Shown here: positions 27,872-38,539 of the stretch, one piece after another
How the letters are laid out: every line of letters starts with the position of its first letter
Position numbering within the stretch: the stretch's first letter is position 1
From: a virus
Lineage: Duplodnaviria > Caudoviricetes
IMG/VR virus record: IMGVR_UViG_3300044621_001461
Span: 1,334-65,333 of that record
Length of the DNA: 64,000 nt
Direction: 5' to 3' (one strand)
The notes under the pieces: model-generated
Database searches by the model: none
What the model was told of the DNA's origin: nothing
What the model saw: only the letters and a program-made list of their open reading frames with translations
Program-made: the position numbers and the translations under genes

Positions 27872-29785
27872 TTACACTACACAATTTACAACTGTTTCTA
27901 CTTCACCAGTAAACTTCGGATCGCCAAGTAGTGGTCTAAGAATTGCCCCTGTTCCTGTATTGGATGTAACTTTGAGAGTTGGAAAAGAATCCACAACATT
28001 ATTTAGAGGTTCAACCTGATAGATACGACCATCAACAATTTGGGAATTGTAAGTGTTGCCAAGGTTATCAGTTACAATTGCGTCTTCATATCCACCACCA
28101 CCATTTTCAACAAAAACATCTAGAACTGAGTATTGCGAAATATCACCAACAGAGTAATTTTCACCCTCTGATACCATATAAATGGAACTTACTTGACCAT
28201 TTTTAATTTTTGTCCTGGCTACTGCACCATATCCTTGGTCTGCATCATCTACAATTTCAATGAAAGGTGGGTATTTATATCCAGAACCAGGGTTTGTAAC
28301 TTGAACACCAATTACACTTGCTGTAGTGTTTCCTGAAGAATCTGTAGTCACATTACCAAAAATTGGAACTGCTGTTGCACCAGAACCCAAACCACCAAAA
28401 ATATTAATCGTTGGTGGACTTGCAAAGTCTAATGCGTCAGTGAAGCATTCGACAATGTTATTCAAAGCTTGACCAGATGCTATGTAATTTGTCATTTCTT
28501 GAACAATGTCATATGCTGCCTTTGAATCAGAAGCAGGTCCATAACCAAGAACCCAATTATTTACAAGTCCCCTAAAGTTATCAGTATTTTGATTACAAGC
28601 AAATGTAACTCCAAGATCTGTAAGCAATCCTATACCATCTCTCAGCATATTTCCAACATTAAAGTCGGAGAAGAATTGTAATAGTTTTTGAACTCCTTCT
28701 AGAGGTCCCTCAACAAATACCTCAATTGTATCGATGATTGTGTTTAATAGAGAACCAGTAAATTGTTCTGCTGCACAAGTCACAAATCGATCAACATTCG
28801 ATACAACAGAGTTCAAAATGTCAGCAACAGCAGACTTTAAGTTATCAATCACTGAACCAGCAATACAACTAAACGCTTCTTCAAGTTTCTTTACTGGAAT
28901 CACCATTGCTTGCTGTGCCGCAACTCCAGCAAGGTGTGCTGCTGCTGGATTACCAGTTGCTGCCAAAACCTGAGCATAAACCAATTTGTATAATAAATTC
29001 AAACCTTTTTTTAAAATCTCAAGAAGTTTTACAGTCAAAGAATCGAAAAGACCACCAATAAATTCATTACAATAAGATACTATCTTATCAACTACCTTAT
29101 CAATCTCATCTTTAATTTTATCGGCATCACCTTGAAATTTTCCAATTTTTTTCAGAAGATTCCTTACTGTTCCTTGAATTTTATCAATCTGTTTATTTCT
29201 AACTGTATTTGCTAAATGAACAACATCCCCAATTGCAGAGTTAGTTGGAACAACTTGTTGACCAACTTGTTGAGATAACTTCTTCGCTTGCTCGTCTGTT
29301 AAATCTGCAGGTGAACGTTGAGCATCTGATGTTGGTTGAGATGCTTGACTTGGAGTTGTTTTGTTATTCTTTTCAATAAATTCATTAAACCCAGTAAAAG
29401 GAACAAATGGCGAAGTATATAGAGTATCTGGTCTTTGAGTCGTATTTGCAAACGCTGCAAGAATAACTGGTATCTGGGCATCATCACCATCTAAAAAGAA
29501 ACCAACAACGACATCACCTGGTTGAAGTTGGACTCCCGTTGTACAGTTTGCAGAACCAGTTCCAGCAGTGGTGGGAAGAAGTGCCTGTGCCCAGGGTAGA
29601 TCCTCATTTGAAAGTTCCGCAACACTATAAGGATGGTAACCAAGTATTCTAACCTTATATCGATATGACCACCCACCACCTTCAACTTGCTGTTTCCAAG
29701 CATCGATGGGGGCAATTTGCCCTATCCACCAACGGAATCCATCTCTACCAATAAAATGACTTTTAAGTAATGATTGATCTAACAT
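27872..29785 (-). CDS. gp5: Baseplate hub subunit gp5 (OB-fold N-terminus)
   Basis: GRDGFRWWIGQ, RYKVRILGYH, DLPWA, VVGFFLDGDDAQ.PVI. Confidence 0.88.
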   Translation of the reverse strand: MLDQSLLKSHFIGRDGFRWWIGQIAPIDAWKQQVEGGGWSYRYKVRILGYHPYSVAELSNEDLPWAQALLPTTAGTGSANCTTGVQLQPGDVVVGFFLDGDDAQIPVILAAFANTTQRPDTLYTSPFVPFTGFNEFIEKNNKTTPSQASQPTSDAQRSPADLTDEQAKKLSQQVGQQVVPTNSAIGDVVHLANTVRNKQIDKIQGTVRNLLKKIGKFQGDADKIKDEIDKVVDKIVSYCNEFIGGLFDSLTVKLLEILKKGLNLLYKLVYAQVLAATGNPAAAHLAGVAAQQAMVIPVKKLEEAFSCIAGSVIDNLKSAVADILNSVVSNVDRFVTCAAEQFTGSLLNTIIDTIEVFVEGPLEGVQKLLQFFSDFNVGNMLRDGIGLLTDLGVTFACNQNTDNFRGLVNNWVLGYGPASDSKAAYDIVQEMTNYIASGQALNNIVECFTDALDFASPPTINIFGGLGSGATAVPIFGNVTTDSSGNTTASVIGVQVTNPGSGYKYPPFIEIVDDADQGYGAVARTKIKNGQVSSIYMVSEGENYSVGDISQYSVLDVFVENGGGGYEDAIVTDNLGNTYNSQIVDGRIYQVEPLNNVVDSFPTLKVTSNTGTGAILRPLLGDPKFTGEVETVVNCVV

Positions 29786-31129
29786 TTATGCTGCTTTATT
29801 AATTCCGAAAGTATCCCTGACTAATTTCATCGATGTATAAGAACGCTCAACATCAAAATGATGACACAATTCCTTTATCATATATAGACCGCTCGTTTCG
29901 GTGTCATATTCTGTTGTATCAGATCTAGAAATCTTAGGAAATCTACATTCAATTAAATCACCTGCTCTCAAATTAGTATTAGATGGAACTGTAATACTAA
30001 GAGTTTGTGTAACTAATGTATTGTATCGCATTAAAGATTGTGATTGATATTTCTTTTGGTCTGAGTTAATTGAAGTTGAAACACCTTTTTCTAAAGTTCC
30101 AACGTCATAAATTGCAGTAATAATTCTAGATGGAACATCACCAAGAGTTCTATCAGTTCCATCACCAAGTGGTGGTAATTTTAAATCTTCACCAAGGTTT
30201 TGCGACTTATTAATATAGTCATTTTGTCTAAACAATCCTTCTTCATACTTTGAAAACTTGAAGTCATAAGGATTGAAAAACATTCTGTGACTTGCATATG
30301 TTCCAAGTCGCAATTTCTCTACTAGATTTTGATTTTTGTCTGTAAGATACTTAAGAATCTTAAAGTCATTATTTACTTTCTTACCATCATTATCATAACT
30401 TACCATCGTTTGATAATAAGTATAGACTGCTTTCTTTGGATTCTTTTTTGGGTCTAGTAATGAATCAATTGCTCTAAATTGAAATCCATCACGAGTTTGA
30501 TAAAATACAAAACCAGCAGTTGCATCACCTGAAGATTCTGGAACTGCTTTTGATGCCAACCATACTAAAACAGTAAATGGTTTTCTCATATTGCCAATAA
30601 AACCATACTTATTTGATGCCTTATCCAATGTTCCTACATTATTTGCTTTGAGATAATCTGTAAGAATCTTATTTACAGATTGATCGATAGATAAACTCGT
30701 TGGATATTTTTTTGATACTCTGGATGTTTCATTTGTAATTGCTTCTCTTGAAACTAGATGTAGAGTAAAAGTTTCTCTAAGTGATTGTGAAATTACATCA
30801 GTAATACTTGAAACATAGAGATAATCAGATGGTCTATTTGAGAAATTTAAACCAGGATTGGTTGTCGAATTACCTGCAATCTTAAGAGATACTCTTTCAC
30901 CACCTCTTAGTGGTAAACCATTATAGATTGATTGTCTTTCACCATCTGGATTTTTTGCTGATGGAATCGTATTACCATCATTTACAACTTGAATTCTTGC
31001 AGTAATTGTCGGTGAGAAAATGTCCTCATAATAGTCGATAGAAATCGCACCAGTTTTGATATCAACTGTTCTTTTACCGTCGTTTGATTGTAATATAAGT
31101 TCTTCAAATATAGACCTTTGAATAGACAT
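29786..31129 (-). CDS. Putative baseplate hub protein (gp27-like)
   Basis: YYEDIFSPTITA, LPLRGGE, SGLYMIKELCHHF, T...LVRD; adjacent to gp5. Confidence 0.7.
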   Translation of the reverse strand: MSIQRSIFEELILQSNDGKRTVDIKTGAISIDYYEDIFSPTITARIQVVNDGNTIPSAKNPDGERQSIYNGLPLRGGERVSLKIAGNSTTNPGLNFSNRPSDYLYVSSITDVISQSLRETFTLHLVSREAITNETSRVSKKYPTSLSIDQSVNKILTDYLKANNVGTLDKASNKYGFIGNMRKPFTVLVWLASKAVPESSGDATAGFVFYQTRDGFQFRAIDSLLDPKKNPKKAVYTYYQTMVSYDNDGKKVNNDFKILKYLTDKNQNLVEKLRLGTYASHRMFFNPYDFKFSKYEEGLFRQNDYINKSQNLGEDLKLPPLGDGTDRTLGDVPSRIITAIYDVGTLEKGVSTSINSDQKKYQSQSLMRYNTLVTQTLSITVPSNTNLRAGDLIECRFPKISRSDTTEYDTETSGLYMIKELCHHFDVERSYTSMKLVRDTFGINKAA

Positions 31130-33099
31130 TATAGGTAAGTTAAATCTAAGAGAAGTTTATTCTTCATAAAGTTATTTACCAAAGTAAATTCACTCACACC
31201 AGAAGAAAGTATATCACCACCACCAGCAGAAAATATCATTGGTGGAGACGATGGTTTTCTATCATCAATCACTACAACTTTTCTACCTTTCTGTTCAGTT
31301 GTTAAGTTTTCTAGAAGTTTACTAAAAGTTGTAATCGATGCAGAATCAATTTGAATTTCTTCATTACCAATTCTAACTGTTGTTGAATCGGATCCTACAA
31401 GAGGAGTTAATGGTTGTGGTGGTTGGGTTGGTTTGCCAGAAATTGCAGTAAATTGTGTACCAATCGAAAGAAATTTCAAGTAAGGTTCTGGATTAATTGG
31501 ACCACCACCATCAATTCTAACTTCAAAATGAAGATGAATACCACTAGAACGACCTGTGTTTCCAATTTCACCTATCGTTTCTCCATTATATGGAGCACCA
31601 TTCTTAACTGATATTTTTGCCAAATGTGCAAAAAAGAATTCAAGATTTCCTGAACGAATAATTACCAAGTAACCATAACCACCATCATTCCAACCAGAAT
31701 AAGTAACTTTCCCAGTTTGTCCAAGTGATACATAATAACCTTTTTGACCTGATGTTCCAATATCAATACCTTTGTGCCTTCCACCCCTTGCAAGATATTC
31801 CCCTCTTCCACCACTTCTACCAACTCTACGAGTGCCTCCGGATGGTCCAGCAACATTAATTTCATCAATTACCGATGTTGGGATTTTTCCAGGAGTTGTT
31901 GGTTTGGGTTTTGCTACTGGTGGATTTAATCCAAAATCTGGAACATTAGCAGCACTAGTGCTTTTTCCTACATAAGAACTACCTCTATTAAAACCAAACG
32001 TTTGCCCATTTCTTGTAATATCATTAGTCATATCATTATATTTTCTTTCATGCCCTTGACTTCTGAAGTCTGGTCTATTACCAATAAACTTTGAAGCACT
32101 TTGTTGTATTGATTTATTAGTCAAAGCAGAAGTAACTTTATCTAAACCACTAACACTTGTGCCATTACCTGGATATTTTTTAATATGAGCAATTGCAGTT
32201 TCTCTATCTACAACTTTATTCCAAGCAGAATATCCACCAAATTTCGTTACTGGTTCATATTGTCCCTTCGCCAAAATTTCTTGTCTTGCAGTTCTCCCAC
32301 TATATCCCATTCTATTATAAATTGATTGTGCTACATCAGCAGCACCTTGTGGATTTAAGCTTTCATAATGTGAAATTAATGAAAGTATCCAAAAATCTGG
32401 TCCACCACCAGTTGGTTGCCCACCAGGAGGAGTAGGTTGTTCGGGTTTTTTATCATAAGCACTTGGTTTTTGTGAACGAGATCCTATTGGTGGAATATCG
32501 AGAAATGGTTTGGTTAAAATTGAAAGAGCTTCCTCTAACTGATTACCCATCGTCATAATGGTTCCAGAAAGATCATCTAATGAAGATTTCAATCTTCCAG
32601 AACTATCAGTGAAATCAAATTGCTTAAGATTTGAAAAAGCAGCATTGAACAAACCACCAATGTCAAAAATAAAATTTTGAATAGTTGATCCAAATTTAGT
32701 CATTACTGATCCAGTTTCTCCAATTCTTCTTATAAGTTGATCACCAATTGCAACCCAGGTTGGTAAATTTCTAAGTGCCCATCCAGCAGCAAGGTAACCA
32801 AGAAAACCCATAATACGACTTGTAAAACTAGTATTATCGCTTCTTTGTGCAAGTAATGCTGGACCTCTATACCTGGTAACAACAGTAGGTGCCGAAATTA
32901 TCTCTTGTGTATTTTTTCTTTTAGTATCTTGAATTCTTCTTTGTTTTAAAATTTTAATACTTGATGATATAGTTTTTCTATCTCTGTCTTTTTCAGACAA
33001 AATACCAGACATTCCACGTAAAGTTCTTTGAGTTAATCCAGCAGTATATTTTACAACTCCAAGTGTTTTTGAAATAGGAACTAGTGGATTTATTGCCAT
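31129..33099 (-). CDS. Virion-associated peptidoglycan hydrolase: SleB/Hydrolase_2-like plus M23 peptidase
   Basis: E....GAADVAQSIYNR...GQYEP; HKGID, GGYG, FAHL, GNTGRSSGIHLHFE. Confidence 0.85.
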   Translation of the reverse strand: MAINPLVPISKTLGVVKYTAGLTQRTLRGMSGILSEKDRDRKTISSSIKILKQRRIQDTKRKNTQEIISAPTVVTRYRGPALLAQRSDNTSFTSRIMGFLGYLAAGWALRNLPTWVAIGDQLIRRIGETGSVMTKFGSTIQNFIFDIGGLFNAAFSNLKQFDFTDSSGRLKSSLDDLSGTIMTMGNQLEEALSILTKPFLDIPPIGSRSQKPSAYDKKPEQPTPPGGQPTGGGPDFWILSLISHYESLNPQGAADVAQSIYNRMGYSGRTARQEILAKGQYEPVTKFGGYSAWNKVVDRETAIAHIKKYPGNGTSVSGLDKVTSALTNKSIQQSASKFIGNRPDFRSQGHERKYNDMTNDITRNGQTFGFNRGSSYVGKSTSAANVPDFGLNPPVAKPKPTTPGKIPTSVIDEINVAGPSGGTRRVGRSGGRGEYLARGGRHKGIDIGTSGQKGYYVSLGQTGKVTYSGWNDGGYGYLVIIRSGNLEFFFAHLAKISVKNGAPYNGETIGEIGNTGRSSGIHLHFEVRIDGGGPINPEPYLKFLSIGTQFTAISGKPTQPPQPLTPLVGSDSTTVRIGNEEIQIDSASITTFSKLLENLTTEQKGRKVVVIDDRKPSSPPMIFSAGGGDILSSGVSEFTLVNNFMKNKLLLDLTYL

Positions 33100-33100
33100 C

Positions 33101-34387
33101 TTACATTACCACATTATAATTGAGTTGTGAATATAGAACATAAAAATTATCAGGATTTGCAGAAGATATGAAAGGAATGTCTTCAGGTGAAGTCATTACA
33201 GGCGCCTGTTGTTCTTGTTGTCCAGAAACTGTAGACATCATTACAATATCTGGTTTTGGTTCTGGTAAAGTTAAATCTTTTGCAGGTGTTGGTGGATTAT
33301 ATGGTTGAACTTGAAGTGGAATAGGTTTTGGTTGTGCGGAAACCTCAGGTTTTGAAACATTACTTATTGGTGTAGTAACTGGTTTGGTGGATTCGGTAGA
33401 CCCAGACATCAAAGCACCCATATTATTGATAAAATTCTGGGAACCCTTTGATAACTGTTCAAATGTTTGCCCTATATTAAAATCAATTTTAGGCATTGCA
33501 AAAGTCATTCCACTTTTTTGAGTAGCATCAAAAGCAGATTTAGCGCCAGCAGATCCAAGAAAATAACCACCAATACCACCAAAAAGAGACCCAGCAGGTC
33601 CAAAAACACTACCAGCAGCGGCACCAGTTAAAGCGCCAGTGGCAGCGCCTCCGACACCGCCAGCAACTGCTCTCTCAGGACTTTCTCCAGTAGCAATATC
33701 TATGCCAACTGCCGCTGCTGGTCCAGAAATACCTCTTAAAAGTTTTCCAAATGTAGATAGTGCCGCACCACTAACTGCTACTGCTGCCCCAGCAGCTTTA
33801 GCAGCACCCCCACCTCCTAAACTAAAAACCGACTTAAAAGCATCTGCAATTGCTTTAAAAGGTGAAGAAGCAAGTTTGAATATAATGTCCGAGACTTTCT
33901 TTGTGAGACCGGTAACAGATCTAAAAACAAATCCAAAACCAGAACCAAGAGATGATAATGCTCCAATTACTAAACGAAGTGAATTGGCAATTAGAGATTT
34001 AGTTCCATTAATAGTTTTACCTAGTACAGAAACACTGGAACGTAACCCTACAATACCAAGTGTTGAAATTGTACCAAATAATCCCTTTAATGCTTCACTA
34101 ATTCCACCAAAAGTATTTGATATTTTATTTTCAACTTTTCTAATTGGAGATGCAATTGATTCCGCAACTCTTCTTTCAATTTCAGTTTCCTTACCAACTT
34201 TAATTTGTTGTTGGGTTAATGTTCTTTCTTTCTGTTCTTCTTCCCGTAATCTAATTCTTTCAGCAACTCTATCATTTTGAAGCAATCTGCCAATATTTGT
34301 TAGACCGGCATTCAGTCCAAAAATGTCCGAACGAATACCATCAATTTGACCTTGAATAGAAACTAAAGGTGAATTGTAGTTATCCAT
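33101..34387 (-). CDS. Tail/baseplate-associated protein, tape-measure-like Gly/Ala-rich helices
   Basis: Coiled N-terminus, glycine-zipper segment, position between gp51 and the M23 gene. Confidence 0.55.
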   Translation of the reverse strand: MDNYNSPLVSIQGQIDGIRSDIFGLNAGLTNIGRLLQNDRVAERIRLREEEQKERTLTQQQIKVGKETEIERRVAESIASPIRKVENKISNTFGGISEALKGLFGTISTLGIVGLRSSVSVLGKTINGTKSLIANSLRLVIGALSSLGSGFGFVFRSVTGLTKKVSDIIFKLASSPFKAIADAFKSVFSLGGGGAAKAAGAAVAVSGAALSTFGKLLRGISGPAAAVGIDIATGESPERAVAGGVGGAATGALTGAAAGSVFGPAGSLFGGIGGYFLGSAGAKSAFDATQKSGMTFAMPKIDFNIGQTFEQLSKGSQNFINNMGALMSGSTESTKPVTTPISNVSKPEVSAQPKPIPLQVQPYNPPTPAKDLTLPEPKPDIVMMSTVSGQQEQQAPVMTSPEDIPFISSANPDNFYVLYSQLNYNVVM

Positions 34388-34553
34388 TGGTGCTTTGCTT
34401 CATATTTTCTTCTTCAATGTACTGTTGTAGTAAGGAAACGTAAACTTCTCTCTCCCACGGAATCATATTTTCTAGTTCCGTCAAAGAGTATTTATGATGC
34501 TGAATGAGAGCAAAGTTGGTCTTATAGTATGACGCAAGATCTTCATGCGCCAT
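34380..34553 (-). CDS. gp51: Baseplate hub assembly catalyst gp51 (57 aa, below the track cutoff)
   Basis: YYKTNFALIQHHKYSLTELENMIPWEREVY. Confidence 0.9.
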   Translation of the reverse strand: MAHEDLASYYKTNFALIQHHKYSLTELENMIPWEREVYVSLLQQYIEEENMKQSTNG

Positions 34554-34555
34554 CG

Positions 34556-35275
34556 CTAGGCGAAAAAAGATGTTAAACCCTCCAGAACAACTTCATTTTC
34601 AACACCAGTATTTGGATTTGTAACTTTAAACTTATGAGAAAGTTTGGGCATAGTCTCAAAGAACTTTTCAATCTCTTTGAATTGTGAAGAAGTTAGTTGC
34701 TCAATAAATGCAGTAAGTTCTTTCTTCGTCACATCAGAAGAAGACCAGGACTCATCTTCACTGTAAATCTGCTCAACACAAGAACAAATCATATCAAAAG
34801 TATCATCAACACTTACAGATGATTCCAGAGCAAAGTTGGTTTTAATAAACTCTTGCATTGATGGATATCTCATACGAAGAGTTAATTTTGCGTCAAGTTT
34901 AATATCGCGAGCATGTTCTTCTTTAACAATAACTTTAATGTCGTCCAAATTGATACTTACAGGAACTTGAGTTACTCCATCATCTGGGCAAGTAATTAGA
35001 ACTTCAACATCCTCACCAACAGACTTACCACGAATGTTTAGAAAAAGATACTCAATATCAAAAGTAGATAATTGATCTACTTTGATACCCTTAGACATAA
35101 TACAATTTGAAATGACTGTTTTTACCGCCTCTGCAATTTGCTTTGGATCTTCACTTTCCATTGCAATTACTAGAATCTTTTCTTCTTTTACAAGAAATGG
35201 GCGATACTTAATTGTCTTTTTTATAGAAGGAATTTCCAACTCATACGTTGGTGTAGCGATTGTTGGTAAAGGCAT
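34556..35275 (-). CDS. gp26: Baseplate hub subunit gp26
   Basis: MPLP.I..P.YEL, YRPFLVKEEKIL, FDIEYLFL.IR.KSVGE, LEGL.SFF. Confidence 0.93.
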   Translation of the reverse strand: MPLPTIATPTYELEIPSIKKTIKYRPFLVKEEKILVIAMESEDPKQIAEAVKTVISNCIMSKGIKVDQLSTFDIEYLFLNIRGKSVGEDVEVLITCPDDGVTQVPVSINLDDIKVIVKEEHARDIKLDAKLTLRMRYPSMQEFIKTNFALESSVSVDDTFDMICSCVEQIYSEDESWSSSDVTKKELTAFIEQLTSSQFKEIEKFFETMPKLSHKFKVTNPNTGVENEVVLEGLTSFFA

Positions 35276-35304
35276 AATAACCCAAAAAATTCAGTTAAAA
35301 GTAT

Positions 35305-36102
35305 TTATTTCCTTCCGTAAAGGTATTCGTAGAGAGTTTGATTTGATGGTGTGAGTTCTACTCCACCAGAAGGAAGTGAACCAGGAGATCTTGGAATAAG
35401 AATCGGTTTTTCTGGTTGTGGTGGTGGAGGAGATGATTGTGTGACATCATTATTGTTATTATCGCCTCTAAATTCATTTACACTATTTGACCTACCAGCA
35501 ATATAGCGATCAAATTTAAAAGTTACACTAACTTTAAGAATTTCTGAGCTTACATATGATACTGAGATTGGACTTATATCAGATGGAAATAACCCAATAA
35601 ATTTATATTCAATTTGCTGATCATAATCCCTATCAAATTTAATAATTCTTGTTGAATCTGTTTTATAATTTTCAGGGTACTGCATTCTAACAAAATATCC
35701 TTGATTATTTTGATTTACTCTTTGATTATCACCTATTTCATTATTAAAAGAACCACTTGCGATAAACTCCATCCACCCTTCAAAGAATTTTACAATCTTG
35801 TAGTCACTGTCAACATAAAAATCTAATGCTATCGTGCTGTATACTCGATTAAAAGCAATGTTTTCATAAACCCCAGTATAGTTACCATCAATTAATACCG
35901 TACTCAAACTTGTTGTTGGTAATGCGGCAGAATAACATAAAAGACCACTATTCTCAGTGACAAATAGGGGAGATATTCCTTTACGGACCAGATATGTTCT
36001 TAAAGGTGTAGGCAACCCACCAAAAATAATCTGATAATGCGAAGTCTGTGCTAGATTTGAAACTATTGGTTTAAAATCAGATATCCTGCGGGGTTGTACC
36101 AC
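35305..36102 (-). CDS. Tail-tube-initiator-like protein (gp54/gp19 fold)
   Basis: LLC.SA.LP, FYVD.DY...KFFE.W, YP..YK, FP..I......Y....L.VSV.F; position beside gp26 and gp4. Confidence 0.7.
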   Translation of the reverse strand: MVQPRRISDFKPIVSNLAQTSHYQIIFGGLPTPLRTYLVRKGISPLFVTENSGLLCYSAALPTTSLSTVLIDGNYTGVYENIAFNRVYSTIALDFYVDSDYKIVKFFEGWMEFIASGSFNNEIGDNQRVNQNNQGYFVRMQYPENYKTDSTRIIKFDRDYDQQIEYKFIGLFPSDISPISVSYVSSEILKVSVTFKFDRYIAGRSNSVNEFRGDNNNNDVTQSSPPPPQPEKPILIPRSPGSLPSGGVELTPSNQTLYEYLYGRK

Positions 36103-36142
36103 TCTAAATATCCTATATGAGATTTATAGTATAGTTATTTAG

Positions 36143-36574
36143 ATGTCGTATAAAGGAAAATATAAACCATCATTCCCACAAAAATATAAAGGTGATGCAA
36201 CAAATATCATCTACCGTTCCTTATGGGAACGTAAGTTCTGCGTTTATTGTGACTTAAATGAAAACATTATTGAATGGGCATCAGAAGAAAAATGTATTCC
36301 ATATCGTTCTCCCATAGACGGTAAGATACATCGATATTTTCCAGACTTTCTTATCAAAGTTAAAGAATCAAACGGCACAATCAAAAAGTATATGATTGAA
36401 ATTAAACCAAAAAAGCAGACTTTACCTCCAATCAAACCTCAACGACAAACTAAAAGGTATATCAGTGAGGTTTATGAGTATGCTAAAAATCAATCAAAGT
36501 GGGAAGCAGCAAGAGAATGGTGTGCTGATAGGGGGTATGAGTTTAAAGTTATTACTGAAAAAGAACTTTTTTAA
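36143..36574 (+). CDS. gp4: Head completion nuclease gp4
   Basis: YKGKYKP..P.KYKGD..NIIYRSLWE, RYFPDF, EIKP, N..KW.AA. Confidence 0.93.
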   Translation: MSYKGKYKPSFPQKYKGDATNIIYRSLWERKFCVYCDLNENIIEWASEEKCIPYRSPIDGKIHRYFPDFLIKVKESNGTIKKYMIEIKPKKQTLPPIKPQRQTKRYISEVYEYAKNQSKWEAAREWCADRGYEFKVITEKELF

Positions 36575-36583
36575 TAATAAATA

Positions 36584-36961
36584 ATGCCTAGAAAGTCTCT
36601 TAAAGATAGAGGAAAAGTAAATCGTATCGCTCCATTAGTTAAAAAACTAATCGGAACAGAGTCTGCTGACGATTTAATGCTTGAACTAATGAGCATCTTA
36701 ACAGAAACAAGAAACCCTCCAGTTGCAGGAAAGTTTTATATTTTTGTATATAATGCTAAAACTCTAGGTGTAAGGTATGACCAAAACCCACTAGTAGCTG
36801 TAACTGATGTTTATAAATGGGGTTTCAAAGGTATTAATTTTCACTGGGGAGAATCTAGACAATATACTTGGGATGAGGTTGCTGGTGGTTTATATGAAGT
36901 TTATCAACAAGAAATTACAGATTTGAGAAGATTGCCTTTTAGTAATATTAGAACTAAATAA
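36584..36961 (+). CDS. DNA end-protector gp2-like protein
   Basis: GKFY.FVY.AK....YD..PL, GF.GINFH. Confidence 0.65.
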   Translation: MPRKSLKDRGKVNRIAPLVKKLIGTESADDLMLELMSILTETRNPPVAGKFYIFVYNAKTLGVRYDQNPLVAVTDVYKWGFKGINFHWGESRQYTWDEVAGGLYEVYQQEITDLRRLPFSNIRTK

Positions 36962-36974
36962 TTAGAAAACATAA

Positions 36975-37889
36975 ATGGAAGCAAAGCCAGCTTTAAGATA
37001 TCCACTTAAAAAAATTACCGATTCTGATGATTATTTAAAGATTGATATTTTGGAATATAAACCCCCTGGTTTTAGCAACCAACCAGATTCTTTTGCATTG
37101 AATACTTCAGATCAAACTTATGCAAATATAGGCGTTAAAGATATTTTAGATACAATTTTTCTTCCTATTCCAGACAATCTTCAAGATAGTAATTCTGTAA
37201 GCTGGGGTTCTGATTCATTAAATCCTATTCAAGCGGCGGCAGGTAGTCTAGGTTCAGCAGTAGTTAAAGACGCCTTTACAGGAAATACAAAAAATATTAT
37301 TGATAAAGTTCTAAAAGGTGCAACAAATATAGGTGAATTTGCTAAAACTGGATTAGGTCAAGATGTAATTGCAGCGGGTGCTGCTGGTTTTGCTGCTCAA
37401 GCATTATTAGGAGTAGATAATGTCTCATCTTTTATAAGAAGACAATCTGGTGTTGTTGCAAATCAGAATTTAGAACTTCTTTTTAGTGGAATTGCAATTA
37501 GACCAGAATTTTCATTTGCATATGATTTAGTTCCTAGGTCAAAAGACGAAAGTGAGATGGTTAAACAAATCATCAGAAGATTTAAATATCATAGTGCAGC
37601 AAAAAAGGGAAGTGCTACCTTTGGACCTGGTGCTGGGTTATTCTTAAAAGCACCAAACGTTTTCAAAATTACGTACAGAAGTGGTAATCGAGACCATCCA
37701 TTCCTAAATCGTTTTAAAGTTTGTGCATTAATTGGAATGTCTGTTGACTATGCTGCATCAGGAACATACGCAACTTACCCAGATGCAACACCAACACATA
37801 TGAGAATGGGTCTTACATTTAAAGAACTCACACCAATTTACAGAGAAGATTATGAATCTGGTATCGGAAGAGATGGAGTAGGATACTAA
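36975..37889 (+). CDS. gp48: Baseplate tail-tube cap gp48
   Basis: LRYP, IFLPIP.NL.D, N.ELLF.G...R.F.F, PRS..E, C.L..M.VDY, L.FKE. Confidence 0.88.
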   Translation: MEAKPALRYPLKKITDSDDYLKIDILEYKPPGFSNQPDSFALNTSDQTYANIGVKDILDTIFLPIPDNLQDSNSVSWGSDSLNPIQAAAGSLGSAVVKDAFTGNTKNIIDKVLKGATNIGEFAKTGLGQDVIAAGAAGFAAQALLGVDNVSSFIRRQSGVVANQNLELLFSGIAIRPEFSFAYDLVPRSKDESEMVKQIIRRFKYHSAAKKGSATFGPGAGLFLKAPNVFKITYRSGNRDHPFLNRFKVCALIGMSVDYAASGTYATYPDATPTHMRMGLTFKELTPIYREDYESGIGRDGVGY

Positions 37890-38539
37890 TGACTTACTTT
37901 AGAGAATTACCAAACCTAGAATATCAATCATTCTTACCTGATAGCAAATCATCAGATCAGTATTTAACTGTAAAAAATCTTTTTCGTAGAGTTAAACTTC
38001 GCGATGATTTACAAAATGTATTTACAGTTTTTGATAAGTACCAAATTGTTGATGGCGCTCGTCCAGAAACAGTTGCAGAAGAACTTTATGGAAGTACTCA
38101 ATACGACTGGGTAGTCATTGTAAGTGCTGGTATTACTCGTATTAGAGATGAATGGCCACTATCAAGTAAAGATATCTATGATTATTCTTATGAAAAGTAT
38201 GGTAATGATTTAAATGCAATTCACCATTATGAAACTACCGAAGTTAAAGACTCTCAAAACAGACTAATTCTACCTGCTGGTAAAGTAGTTGATGCCAACT
38301 TTACAATTCCAAATCCAAGTCTTCCAACAGCAACATTAAATCCAGTAACTGGCGTAAGTAACTATGAATATGAGGTTGCTAAAAATGAAGAAAAAAGAAC
38401 AATTTATGTTTTAAAACCAATCTATCTACAACAAATTATCAATGATACAAGAAAAGCGATGACTTATGATAAATCATCGCAGTATGTAGATAATAGATTG
38501 ATTAGAACTGAAAATACTAAAGCATCAAATCCATTTTAA
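37889..38539 (+). CDS. gp53: Baseplate wedge protein gp53
   Basis: YFRELPNL.Y, KNLFRR, RPE.VA.ELYG, WP, HHYET, YEYE...NE.KR. Confidence 0.92.
   Translation: MTYFRELPNLEYQSFLPDSKSSDQYLTVKNLFRRVKLRDDLQNVFTVFDKYQIVDGARPETVAEELYGSTQYDWVVIVSAGITRIRDEWPLSSKDIYDYSYEKYGNDLNAIHHYETTEVKDSQNRLILPAGKVVDANFTIPNPSLPTATLNPVTGVSNYEYEVAKNEEKRTIYVLKPIYLQQIINDTRKAMTYDKSSQYVDNRLIRTENTKASNPF

Noticed and set aside
33639-34280. 213-aa plus-strand ORF, and the similar 39964..40560 ORF
   Set aside because: Antisense shadows of the tail protein and gp32.
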